Below, in pieces: positions 24,146 to 32,954 of a stretch of 64,000 nucleotides of DNA. The stretch comes from Opitutaceae bacterium. GTDB lineage: Bacteria > Verrucomicrobiota > Verrucomicrobiia > Opitutales > Opitutaceae. The position numbers and the translations under genes were made by a program. Numbering within the stretch: the stretch's first letter is position 1; each line of letters starts with the position of its first letter. The notes beneath the pieces are model-generated. The model ran no database searches. It saw nothing but the letters and a program-made list of their open reading frames with translations, and was not told the origin of the DNA. The DNA lies in NCBI GenBank assembly GCA_037969015.1, contig JBBKWO010000057.1:17837-81836 (forward strand), read 5' to 3'.

Positions 24146-24964
24146 ATGTCTTGGCTCAATAAACTCGAATCCCGGCTCGCTCCCTTCGCCATCCCCCACC
24201 CCACGCTCTGCCTCGTCATCGGGCAGACCTTTGTTGTGCTCGCCAGTCTGCTCGGACTGATCGATCCGAACAAACTCCTGCTGGTCCCCAGCCTCGTCAT
24301 GGAGGGTGAGATCTGGCGCCTGGTGACCTTCGTTTTTATCCCGCCCAACGCCAGCTGGCTGTTCATCGCCTTCGCCATCTACCTGCTCTACCTCTTCGGC
24401 ACTACCCTGGAGCAACAGTGGGGAGCCTTCCGGTTTAATCTTTTCCTGCTCACCGGCTACCTGCTCACCGTCGGCGTCTCGTTCATCTACCCGCACTCCG
24501 TCGCCACCAACACCTTCGTCAACGGCTCCATCTTCCTCGCCTTCGCCCAACTGAATCCGAGCTTCATCATGTTGCTCTTTTTCATCCTGCCGGTGCAAAT
24601 CCGCTGGCTCGCGATCGCCACCTGGGTTCTCGCCATCATCGCCTTCATCCAAGGCGATGGCGCCATCCGCGTCATGATCCTCGCCGCCTCGGGCAACTTC
24701 CTCCTCTTCTTCGGCCGCTCAATCATCAGCGACCTGCGCTCCGGCAAACGCCGTATCAAATACCAGGCCAAGACCGCCTCCGCCCGACGCGAAGCCGTCA
24801 GCAAACCACGCCATACCTGCGTCATCTGCGGCAAAAACAGCATCAAAAACCCCGACCTCGATTTCCGCTACTGCTCCAAATGCGCCGGCGACCAGTGCTA
24901 TTGCCCCGATCACCTGCGTGACCACGAACATGTCACCGAAGAGCAACCCGATGCCTCCGCGTAA
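24146..24964 (+). CDS. Polytopic membrane protein, rhomboid-like fold, with a C-terminal Cys-rich zinc-ribbon-like tail
   Basis: GEIWRLVTFVFIP resembles the rhomboid E-x-WR-x-x-T motif, but I see no GxSG or TM6 His. The tail is CVICG...YCSKCAGDQCYCPDHLRDHEH. Confidence 0.4.
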   Translation: MSWLNKLESRLAPFAIPHPTLCLVIGQTFVVLASLLGLIDPNKLLLVPSLVMEGEIWRLVTFVFIPPNASWLFIAFAIYLLYLFGTTLEQQWGAFRFNLFLLTGYLLTVGVSFIYPHSVATNTFVNGSIFLAFAQLNPSFIMLLFFILPVQIRWLAIATWVLAIIAFIQGDGAIRVMILAASGNFLLFFGRSIISDLRSGKRRIKYQAKTASARREAVSKPRHTCVICGKNSIKNPDLDFRYCSKCAGDQCYCPDHLRDHEHVTEEQPDASA

Positions 24965-25880
24965 ACCAAAGTCCAAACCAGCCGTCCCCGCCGGCCCTCC
25001 CCGCACCCTCGGCCAGTGGTTGGAGCACGCGCTCGAACGCTACGCACAACACAAGGTCGCCGTCGGCCAGACCACCGACAACCACCACGACGACGCCCTG
25101 CTGCTCCTCTTACGCACGCTCGGTCTGCCGCTCGACAGCAAACCCGAAGTCCTCGACCAACCGCTGACCGCCGCGCAAATCAAACGCGTGCAGGCCACCC
25201 TCCACCGCCGCATCGATCAACACGTGCCGACCGCCTACTTGATCGGCGAAACCTGGCTCGGCGGTTACCGCTTTCACGTCGACGAACGCGTCATCATCCC
25301 CCGCAGCTACTTCGTCGAACTCATCCCCATGCTCTCCGACCTGCTGCCGACTGACACCACCGTCCGGCACGCCGCCGACATCTGCACCGGCTCCGGCTGC
25401 CTCGCGCTGCTCCTCGCCCACGAATTTTCAAAAGCCACGGTCGACGCCACCGACCTCTCCCCCGACGCACTCGACGTCGCCAAAATCAACGTCACCGAAC
25501 ACCGCCTCGCCTCACGCGTGAAGCTCTACCGCACCGACACCTTTGCCGATGTGCCCGTGCCTCCCGGCGGCTACGATATCATCATCAGCAACCCGCCCTA
25601 CGAGCCCAGCGCGCACGTCGACAAGCAACTCCCCGAGTTCAAAGCCGAGCCCCGCATAGCCCATGACGGCGGTGCCGACGGCCTTGTGATCATCCGAAAA
25701 ATCCTCGCGCAAGCGCTGCCCCGCCTCGCCCCCCACGGCGTGCTCCTGATCGAAGTCGGCGGTATCCAAAAATTAATTAACCGCACCTTCGCATCCCTCA
25801 ACCCCGAGTGGCTCGAGACCGAAGACGGCAGCAACTGCGTCTGCCTGTTCCGCGCCACTAACGCCGGTGCCACGGGCTGA
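24951..25880 (+). CDS. prmB: Ribosomal protein L3 N5-glutamine methyltransferase
   Basis: WLGGYRFHVDERVIIPRSYF is a PrmB-type motif. The SAM motif is DICTGSGCLALLLA and the catalytic motif is IIISNPPYEP. The start is ambiguous among ATGs at 24918, 24930 and 24951. Confidence 0.8.
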   Translation: MPPRKPKSKPAVPAGPPRTLGQWLEHALERYAQHKVAVGQTTDNHHDDALLLLLRTLGLPLDSKPEVLDQPLTAAQIKRVQATLHRRIDQHVPTAYLIGETWLGGYRFHVDERVIIPRSYFVELIPMLSDLLPTDTTVRHAADICTGSGCLALLLAHEFSKATVDATDLSPDALDVAKINVTEHRLASRVKLYRTDTFADVPVPPGGYDIIISNPPYEPSAHVDKQLPEFKAEPRIAHDGGADGLVIIRKILAQALPRLAPHGVLLIEVGGIQKLINRTFASLNPEWLETEDGSNCVCLFRATNAGATG

Positions 25881-25892
25881 GAGGCACTGGGA

Positions 25893-26026
25893 TTTTTGCC
25901 ACAAAAAGGCGCAAAGAATCGGCCCAACGCTCATCCGGCCCGATCAACCGATGCCCATGCGCCTATAGGCGCACAACCGGCGTCCGGCCCGAGGACGGAA
26001 ATTTTTGCGCCTCTTTGTGGCCAAAA
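25893..26026. repeat. Long imperfect hairpin element (family B, copy 3)
   Basis: The left arm TTTTTGCCACAAAAAGGCGCAAAG pairs with the right arm TTTGCGCCTCTTTGTGGCCAAAA. It lies between the convergent prmB and cyclophilin genes. Confidence 0.7.
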
Positions 26027-26201
26027 CCTCCGGAAAATCAGACCCAGCGCACGGCCTGATTTTCTATGCATTATTGAATGCATTATACCCCGATCACCCC
26101 CGAGGGATCGCCTCGCTTTTTTAATGCAGAATTCAATGCATTATGTTTTTACGCATCCGCGCCTTTCCGTCGAAAATCAAAGGCCTACTTAGAAAGCCCC
26201 A

Positions 26202-26807
26202 TCACTTGCGATCCAACACCGCGTTCCACTTGGCCAAATTGGCAGCCTCCTTGGCGAACAGCGCGTCGGTAGAGTCGAGCACCTCGATGCTCTTGATCTT
26301 GTCCCCCTTCGCGATCGCGTTGACCACGTCCTGACCCTTGGTCACTTCGCCAAAGACGCTGTGCTTGCCGTCGAGCCAGGGCGTGGCGATGTGGGTGATG
26401 AAAAACTGGCTGCCATTGGTGCCGGGCCCGGAGTTGGCCATGGAGAACATGCCGGGCTTGGAGTGGCGCAGGTTCATGTTGAACTCATCACCAAACTTGT
26501 AGCCCGGACCACCGGTGCCGTTGCCGAGCGGGTCGCCACCTTGGATCATGAAATCAGGAATCACGCGGTGGAAGGTCAGGCCGTCGTAAAAACCGCGTTT
26601 CGCGAGATTCAGAAAGTTCGCGGCGGTCATCGGCACCTTGCTCGCGAAGAGCGTGCCCTCGATGTCACCCTTCGTCGTGTGCACCACCAGGCGGATATCG
26701 GTCACCAACGGAGCAGCGTCATCGGCGGCACGCAGCCCGGGCAGGGCGGCCAGCAGGGACAAAGAGGTAAAGGCGACGAGGCGACGTAGGAAAGAGGAAC
26801 GGTTCAT
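26202..26807 (-). CDS. Periplasmic/secreted peptidyl-prolyl cis-trans isomerase (cyclophilin type)
   Basis: A signal peptide is followed by [15 protein letters not shown]...[11 protein letters not shown]...LDGKHSVFG. Confidence 0.92.
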   Translation of the reverse strand: MNRSSFLRRLVAFTSLSLLAALPGLRAADDAAPLVTDIRLVVHTTKGDIEGTLFASKVPMTAANFLNLAKRGFYDGLTFHRVIPDFMIQGGDPLGNGTGGPGYKFGDEFNMNLRHSKPGMFSMANSGPGTNGSQFFITHIATPWLDGKHSVFGEVTKGQDVVNAIAKGDKIKSIEVLDSTDALFAKEAANLAKWNAVLDRK

Positions 26808-26992
26808 AGGTTTTGGATTCAGGGTTTTAAGGGAAGGTCATGAGTCAGCGGATTCTTCCGAAGGTTTCCACACTCCATTCAGATATCTCCCCGATTTGAT
26901 CGATTCCGATAGAATATGGCAGATTTTGCCAACTTTGGAGCGCGGATTGGCGTAGGGTTGTTCTCAGCACTTCTGCGACCGATATTCTGATC

Positions 26993-28282
26993 ATGGACAC
27001 CACAGCCTGGCTGCACCCGAGAGCCGAATTGGTCGCGACGATGGACCGCATTTATCGCTACCACATGACCACCACCTCCGGTGGCAATCTCTCCATACTT
27101 GATCCCGACGGCTCGATCTGGATCACCCCGTCCCGCGTCGACAAGGGCTCGCTGCGGCCCACCGACGTCATCCGCGTGCACGCCGACGGCACCAAAGAAG
27201 GCCTGCATCCGCCATCCTCCGAGTTTCCCTTTCACCGCGAGATCTACCGTCGCCGCCCCGACATCAAAGCCATCGTGCACGCCCATCCCGGCGCGCTGGT
27301 CGCCTTCTCGATCGTGCGCCGCCTGCCCGAGACTCGCGTGCAAACCCACGCCCATCACCTCTGCGGCAAGGTCGCCTACGCCGCCTACGCTTGCCCCGGC
27401 AGCCAGGAACTCGGTGACAAAATCGCCGCCGCCTTCGCCGAGGGTGCCGACTGCGTGATGCTTGAAAACCACGGCGTGGTCATCGGCGGCCGCGATCTCG
27501 CCGACGCCTTTCAACGTTTCGAAACGCTCGAATTTGTCGCCCAAACCGTCATCCGCGCCTCGGCGCTCGGCGAGCTCCACACCCTGCCCGACAACTGCCT
27601 CGCCGGTCAGGCCGTGACCGACCTCGCACCGCTTGAAACCGGCGCGCCAAGCAATCAAGAGAAGGAACTGCGTTCCGAAATCTGCAACTTCGTCCACCGC
27701 GCCTATCGCCAGCGGCTCATGATCAGCACCGCCGGCTCCATCTCCGCCCGACTCGATGACAAACAGTTCGTCATCACCCCGCGTCGCCGCGACCGGCTTG
27801 ACCTCAAACCCTCCGGCCTTGTTCGCGCGACCAAGGACTCCACCGAGGCCGGCAAACGCGCCAGCCGCACCAGCCGCCTGCACGGCCTCATCTACGAAGC
27901 CAACCCCGACATCGGCGTCATCATCAACGCCCAACCCATGTGCGCCTCAGCGTTCTGCATGAGCGACGCGGAGTTCAGCTCCCGCACCATTCCCGAGAGT
28001 TACCTGGTGCTCAACGATGCGCCCAAAGTTCCCTTCGCCTGCGTGGTCAACGACGCCGAGGCACTCGCCGCCCGCATGTCGCTCAAAAAGTGCCCCGTGC
28101 TGCTCATCGAAAATGAAGGCGCGCTCATCGTCGGCCGCACCTTGCTCGAAGCCTTTGACCGGCTCGAAGTGCTTGAGGCCACCGCCGAAGCCCTCCAGCT
28201 CGCCCGTCCCCTCGGCGCCCTCGTGCCCATGCCCGACAGCGCGTTGCAGGAACTCCGCACCGCCTTCGGCATGGACGACTGA
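26993..28282 (+). CDS. Tandem class II aldolase/adducin-domain protein (two fused domains)
   Basis: Domain 1 has the metal-binding motifs AIVHAHPGALVAFS and ENHGVVIGG. In domain 2 the equivalent positions read VIINAQPMCASAF and ENEGALIVG. Confidence 0.8.
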   Translation: MDTTAWLHPRAELVATMDRIYRYHMTTTSGGNLSILDPDGSIWITPSRVDKGSLRPTDVIRVHADGTKEGLHPPSSEFPFHREIYRRRPDIKAIVHAHPGALVAFSIVRRLPETRVQTHAHHLCGKVAYAAYACPGSQELGDKIAAAFAEGADCVMLENHGVVIGGRDLADAFQRFETLEFVAQTVIRASALGELHTLPDNCLAGQAVTDLAPLETGAPSNQEKELRSEICNFVHRAYRQRLMISTAGSISARLDDKQFVITPRRRDRLDLKPSGLVRATKDSTEAGKRASRTSRLHGLIYEANPDIGVIINAQPMCASAFCMSDAEFSSRTIPESYLVLNDAPKVPFACVVNDAEALAARMSLKKCPVLLIENEGALIVGRTLLEAFDRLEVLEATAEALQLARPLGALVPMPDSALQELRTAFGMDD

Positions 28283-28376
28283 AGTTGTAGCCACGGGCGT
28301 CCCCGCCCGTGTAGGCGACGTCCCCGGCGGGCACCCTATCCAACACGCCCCCCCGGGGGACGAGGGCGGCTACACC
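28281..28376. repeat. REP-like GC-rich palindromic element (family A, copy 1)
   Basis: The sequence is GAAGTTGTAGCCACGGGCGTCCCCGCCCGTGT...GGGGACGAGGGCGGCTACAC. It fills the whole gap between the convergent aldolase and mgtE stops. The second copy is at 59749-59843. Confidence 0.85.
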
Positions 28377-28377
28377 C

Positions 28378-29760
28378 CTAGAGCAACACGCCGCCAAGAA
28401 AGAGGTAAGCCACGCTGAAGTAGATCACCAATCCCGTCACATCCACCAGCGTCGCCACAAACGGCGCGCTGGATGTCGCCGGGTCAAAACCCAGTCGCTT
28501 CAACAACAGGGGCAACATCGACCCGGTGAGTGATCCCCAAAGCACGATGCCGACCAGCGCGCAGCCCACCGTCAACGCCACCCGCATCCAGTGTGGACCG
28601 TAGACATCGGACACCGCAGACCACATTGCGATGCGGACGAATCCCACCGCACCAAGAATCCCGCCGAGCGCCAGTCCGACCGCCAACTCGCGTTTCATCA
28701 CCCGCCACCATTCGCCAAGGGTAAACTCGCCCATGGCCATTGCGCGGATAACCAAGGTCGCCGCCTGCGAACCCGCGTTACCACCCGAGCTGATCACCAG
28801 CGGAATAAACAGCGCGAGCATCACCGCCTTCTCGATTTCATCCTGGAAAAACGCCATCGCCGTGGCCGTCAGCATCTCGCCGAGAAACAACACGATCAGC
28901 CAGCTCGCCCGCTTCTTCACCATGCGCGAAAGCGCGATACTGATGTAGGGCTCGTCCAGCGCTTCGCTGCCGCCCAGCTTTTGAATGTCCTCGGTGGCCT
29001 CCTCGTCGGCCACGTCGAGGATGTCGTCGATCGTGACGATACCGATCAACTTGTCCCCATCGTCCACCACCGGCAGCGCCACCCGGTCAAACCGCCGGAA
29101 TTTTTCCAAGGCCTGCTCGCGATCATCCGTCGCGTGCAAACGCACAAAGCCCCCGTCCATCAGATCGCTCACCTTGCGATCCGGCGCGGATAATAAAAAC
29201 CGCCGCAACCGCACGTCGTCGGTTAAGCGTCCCTCGTCATCCAGCACATAAATCACGTTGAGCGTCTCGCGATCGTAGCCGTGGGCGCGGATAAATTCCA
29301 AGACCTGCCCCGCCGTCCAGTCCCTTCGCACCGCCACAAAGTCGAGGGTCATCATGCGGCCCACACTGTCCTCCGGATAGGCCAGCAAATCCTTGGCCAC
29401 CTCGCGCTCAACCGGCGATAGCAGGCTGAGCATCTGCATGGCCACATCCAGCGGCAGCTCCTCAATAAACGCCGTGCGATCGTCCGGTGACAACGCGTTG
29501 AGCATCGCCGCAGCCTGCGCCTGACTGAGCAGTTTGAGCAACTTGCGCTGCGCCTCGAGCGGCAGATAACCAAAGGTTGCCGCCGCCAGATCGTGCGACG
29601 TGAAACGGAACAGCGCGGCCATCTTTTCAACCGGCAGCTCAGCCAGAAGCGGCGCCAGGTCGGCGTCCATCCACGGCGCCAGATACTTGCGCAAACCGGC
29701 CACATCCTTACGCGCGACCAGCGCGTTGATATCAATGAGTAGATCGGCCTCTTCGGACAT
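28378..29760 (-). CDS. mgtE: Magnesium transporter MgtE
   Basis: It has an N-domain, two CBS domains and a C-terminal MgtE TM domain (SSGGNAGSQAATLVIRAMA, PFVATLVDVTGLVIYF). The start is MSEEADLL (rc ATG 29758-29760). Confidence 0.93.
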   Translation of the reverse strand: MSEEADLLIDINALVARKDVAGLRKYLAPWMDADLAPLLAELPVEKMAALFRFTSHDLAAATFGYLPLEAQRKLLKLLSQAQAAAMLNALSPDDRTAFIEELPLDVAMQMLSLLSPVEREVAKDLLAYPEDSVGRMMTLDFVAVRRDWTAGQVLEFIRAHGYDRETLNVIYVLDDEGRLTDDVRLRRFLLSAPDRKVSDLMDGGFVRLHATDDREQALEKFRRFDRVALPVVDDGDKLIGIVTIDDILDVADEEATEDIQKLGGSEALDEPYISIALSRMVKKRASWLIVLFLGEMLTATAMAFFQDEIEKAVMLALFIPLVISSGGNAGSQAATLVIRAMAMGEFTLGEWWRVMKRELAVGLALGGILGAVGFVRIAMWSAVSDVYGPHWMRVALTVGCALVGIVLWGSLTGSMLPLLLKRLGFDPATSSAPFVATLVDVTGLVIYFSVAYLFLGGVLL

Positions 29761-29955
29761 ATCGATGAGGCAGACAGCTCGCCGAACGCATTTCAACGTC
29801 CGCCATGTATTCCGCTGCAAATACTCCACCCGCAGATTCCACCAATCCGGAATCGGTCTGGAAAGGAGGCTCAGAGTCTGTCTTACATCATCTCCCCCCG
29901 GCTTTATTAAGCCCGCTCCTTTGCTATCTTAATCCGCCCCACCCATCTTCCCCTT

Positions 29956-30603
29956 ATGCAAGTTCACGCCCGTATCTCCAAGGAATGGCGCCGCCGCATG
30001 TTTTTCATGGCGCTCATGATCAACGGTTCGGCCGCCTGGTTTCTCTACGACGGCTACATCGCCTGGCCGGCCGAGGCGAAACGCTTTGAGCAACTCGTCC
30101 CGATCGTCGAAACCCTCGCTGCCAACGGACAGGACATAGACCCCAAACACCTCGACAAAAACCCCGAGGTGATGCGTGCGTGGGAACGCTACGCCAAACA
30201 GCACGATCTTGCACTGAAACTGCCCAAGAACCGCACCGCGGGCGACATGTCCGGCCAGCGCACCATCGGCGGCATCTTGCTGCTTATCGGATTGAGCTTC
30301 ATCGGCTGGGTCGCCCTGCAACATCGCAAAAGCGTGCGCGCCGACGGCGATATCATCACCGGCCCCGGCGGTGAGAAGGTCGACATCAACACCATCGTCG
30401 AAATGGACCGCCGCAAGTGGGTCAAAAAAGGCATCGCCTACGCCATCTACGAAATCGACGGCCGCCAACGCCGCCTCTGCCTCGACGACCATAAATTCAT
30501 CGGTTGCGAGGAGATTATTCTCGAAGCCGAAAAACGCATCGTGGCCAAAACCCCCAAGGCCGAAAACGACGAAGCCAACGAATCCGCCTCGATCGAGGCC
30601 TGA
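29956..30603 (+). CDS. Hypothetical membrane protein (two predicted TM helices)
   Basis: The protein is 215 aa. The hydrophobic segments are FFMALMINGSAAWFLY and IGGILLLIGLSFIGWVAL. I recognise no family. Confidence 0.55.
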   Translation: MQVHARISKEWRRRMFFMALMINGSAAWFLYDGYIAWPAEAKRFEQLVPIVETLAANGQDIDPKHLDKNPEVMRAWERYAKQHDLALKLPKNRTAGDMSGQRTIGGILLLIGLSFIGWVALQHRKSVRADGDIITGPGGEKVDINTIVEMDRRKWVKKGIAYAIYEIDGRQRRLCLDDHKFIGCEEIILEAEKRIVAKTPKAENDEANESASIEA

Positions 30604-30632
30604 GCGCTGCTCTTAGCTCAGACCATTATTTG

Positions 30633-31430
30633 ATGCCCCTGCCCCGCCTGCTACTGCCTGCACTATTCGCATTGATGCCCGTGGCTCTGCACGCCGCAGA
30701 CGTGACCGAATTCGGCTCCACCACCCGCAACACCAGTTCGCTGATCGGCATCCTCTACGACCTCAAACAAACTCAGGACGGCGAGAAAACGCCGATGGAT
30801 GTCCCGCGCTACAACAAGTTCATCAACAAGTTCATCGCCTCCGAGTGGGACGAGGCTGTGCTCAATGACTACTTCCGCGCCCCGCTCCCGCTCTACACAA
30901 CCCAGATTTTCCTGCCGCTCATGCCGGCGAGCAACGCGCCCCGAGCCTTTCAAGTTGCCGATGTCGTCAAGCCGATGTTCTGGGTCATCCACTACAAGGG
31001 TCAGGTCTCCGCACCCGAAACCGGCGACTGGCGCTTTTGGGGTTACGGCGAGGAAGTCTGTAGCGTCGCGGTCAACGGCAAGATCGTGCTGCTCAGCAAC
31101 TGGAAGGAAATCACCACCCCCTCCGTCAAATGGGAGCGTCACAACGACCGCGGCCAACCCATCGCCAGCGGGGCGTTACACGCCGGCGACTGGATGCATC
31201 TGGAGAAAGACCAGGTCATCGACCTCGACGTGCTCATCGGCGAACGCGGCGGCGGCGTTTTTTGTTCCTTTCTGATGATCGAGAAACGCGGCGAAACCTA
31301 CCGCATGCTCAACGGCGCTCCGGTGCTGCCGGTTTTTAAACTCGCCCCGTCAACCATCCCCCAACCCGAAGTCCCGAGGACCGGACCATTAATCACACAG
31401 GACGGCCCGATCTGGAAAGGCGTGGAGTGA
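30633..31430 (+). CDS. Secreted protein with a PA14/GLEYA-like beta-domain (tentative)
   Basis: The signal peptide is MPLPRLLLPALFALMPVALHA. FWVIHYKGQVSAPETGDWRFWGYGEEVCSVAVNGKIVL follows the PA14 pattern. Confidence 0.5.
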   Translation: MPLPRLLLPALFALMPVALHAADVTEFGSTTRNTSSLIGILYDLKQTQDGEKTPMDVPRYNKFINKFIASEWDEAVLNDYFRAPLPLYTTQIFLPLMPASNAPRAFQVADVVKPMFWVIHYKGQVSAPETGDWRFWGYGEEVCSVAVNGKIVLLSNWKEITTPSVKWERHNDRGQPIASGALHAGDWMHLEKDQVIDLDVLIGERGGGVFCSFLMIEKRGETYRMLNGAPVLPVFKLAPSTIPQPEVPRTGPLITQDGPIWKGVE

Positions 31431-31551
31431 ACACGGGGCGAACTTGCACGCACCGCTCAATCATCTGTTAAGAGTCCGTGAACTTAAAGAAAGCTCCCGC
31501 GTGATTCGCCACGGAGCTTGTGTGTCTCCTTCATCGAAGAACAATTCACCC

Positions 31552-32523
31552 ATGGTTTTTTCGGTTAAAATACTCCGCAAGTTCGGGGCAATCAGCGCCC
31601 TTCTGACGATGCTGACGGGCTTGTCTGCGGAAGAACCGCCAAAAGGCCCGTCCATTAGTGACCCCAACAATCCAGACATGGTCGAGTTGCACTCGATGGC
31701 CCAATCCCTGTGGGACGAACTCGTGCCTGAAAACATCAAGGCCGAGTATGAACTGATGGGCCCCGATGAAATGCAGGCATTGCTCAACGAGGTCGTTACC
31801 GCCGGACAAGAGGAAAACCTGCAAGCCTACATCAATCACGCCCCCGCCGCCCGCAACGCCATGACCGCGCTACAAAGCATGCCTGCGTTTGCCGACTACG
31901 CCGGCTGGTTGCGCGCCCAACTCGAAGACATGGAGGCCGCCCAAACCTCTCTCGAATCCTCCCCCATGCCGGCACCCGAGGTGAACACTGTGCCCATGTT
32001 GGACGTCTGGCTCGGTCGCATGGCCAAACGTCCCCGTCCCGAGCGTGCCGATAAATTTTTGCCAATACTGACGTCTGCCTTTGCGGCTGAAGGTATTCCC
32101 GCATCGCTGGTCTGGCTGGCCGAAACCGAGAGCTCGTTTAACCCCTCCGCCCGCAGCCCGGTCGGCGCGCGTGGACTGTTTCAACTCATGCCCGCGACCG
32201 CCAAATCGTTGGGGCTCTCCCTCTTCCCGCTCGACCAACGCACCCACCCCGAAGCCAGTGCGCGCGCGGCCGCCGTGTATTTGAAAAAACTGCACACCCG
32301 CTTTGGCGACTGGCCGCTCGCCCTCGCAGCCTACAACGCCGGTGAAGGCCGCGTCGGCCGCACGATGAAAGCCGAGAACGCCACCGACTTCGCCGGCATC
32401 GCCGCCCACCTCCCGGCCGAGACCCAACTCTACGTGCCCAAGGTCCTGGCCACCGTGCAAGTCCGCACCGGAGTAACGCCGGGCCAACTTGAGAACGTAA
32501 AGTCAGCTTCAGCAAAACCGTGA
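31552..32523 (+). CDS. Lytic transglycosylase (SLT domain), secreted
   Basis: The SLT motifs are AETESSFNPSARSPVGARGLFQLMPATA and AAYNAGEGRV. An N-terminal signal/anchor is present. Confidence 0.85.
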   Translation: MVFSVKILRKFGAISALLTMLTGLSAEEPPKGPSISDPNNPDMVELHSMAQSLWDELVPENIKAEYELMGPDEMQALLNEVVTAGQEENLQAYINHAPAARNAMTALQSMPAFADYAGWLRAQLEDMEAAQTSLESSPMPAPEVNTVPMLDVWLGRMAKRPRPERADKFLPILTSAFAAEGIPASLVWLAETESSFNPSARSPVGARGLFQLMPATAKSLGLSLFPLDQRTHPEASARAAAVYLKKLHTRFGDWPLALAAYNAGEGRVGRTMKAENATDFAGIAAHLPAETQLYVPKVLATVQVRTGVTPGQLENVKSASAKP

Positions 32524-32701
32524 ATACCCAGACTCTGGAATCATCCCCCCGGACGTTACTCGCCCGTCAGGGATGGGCTCTCGTCGACGGCAGGCCTGCA
32601 AAATCGATGTCTGAACAGTTGGTCCGCGAAGTCTTTCCACTGGGTGCAAAGACCTCTCGAACCGTCTGGTAAATCCACTACTCATCCTAAATATCACCCC
32701 A

Positions 32702-32734
32702 TTGACACTAATGCAGTGCACACTATTATAGTGT
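32702..32734 (+). promoter_or_regulatory. Sigma-70-type promoter with an overlapping palindromic operator for vapBC. The transcript would be leaderless.
   Basis: TTGACA (32702-32707) is followed by 16 nt and then TATTAT (32724-32729). The vapB ATG lies 6 nt downstream of the -10 element. The palindrome ACACTAT-T-ATAGTGT (32720-32734) overlaps the -10 element. Confidence 0.55.
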
Positions 32735-32735
32735 A

Positions 32736-32954
32736 ATGAAAAACATTACCCTCAGTGCCGACGAACGCATGATCGAACGCGCACGTGAACAAGCCCTGTC
32801 TCACAAAACCACGCTCAACCAATTATTCCGCGACTGGTTGGCCAGTCTGGTGGCCGAACAGGAACGCACGGCCAAAATCGACGCACTCTTTGAGCGTTTC
32901 GACCATGTAGATGCCGGCGGAAAATTCAGCCGAGAGGACATGAATGCCCGCTGA
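32736..32954 (+). CDS. vapB: Ribbon-helix-helix antitoxin (VapB-like)
   Basis: The protein is 72 aa and begins with MKNITLSADERMIERAREQA, consistent with an RHH beta-strand and helix. It overlaps the PIN gene by 11 nt. Confidence 0.7.
   Translation: MKNITLSADERMIERAREQALSHKTTLNQLFRDWLASLVAEQERTAKIDALFERFDHVDAGGKFSREDMNAR

Noticed and set aside
29761-29955. An M-box (Mg2+) riboswitch upstream of mgtE.
   Set aside because: The ~195-nt leader has about the right length, but I could not find the conserved M-box core (GGUGAGG... and related blocks). This is unverified without a covariance-model scan.
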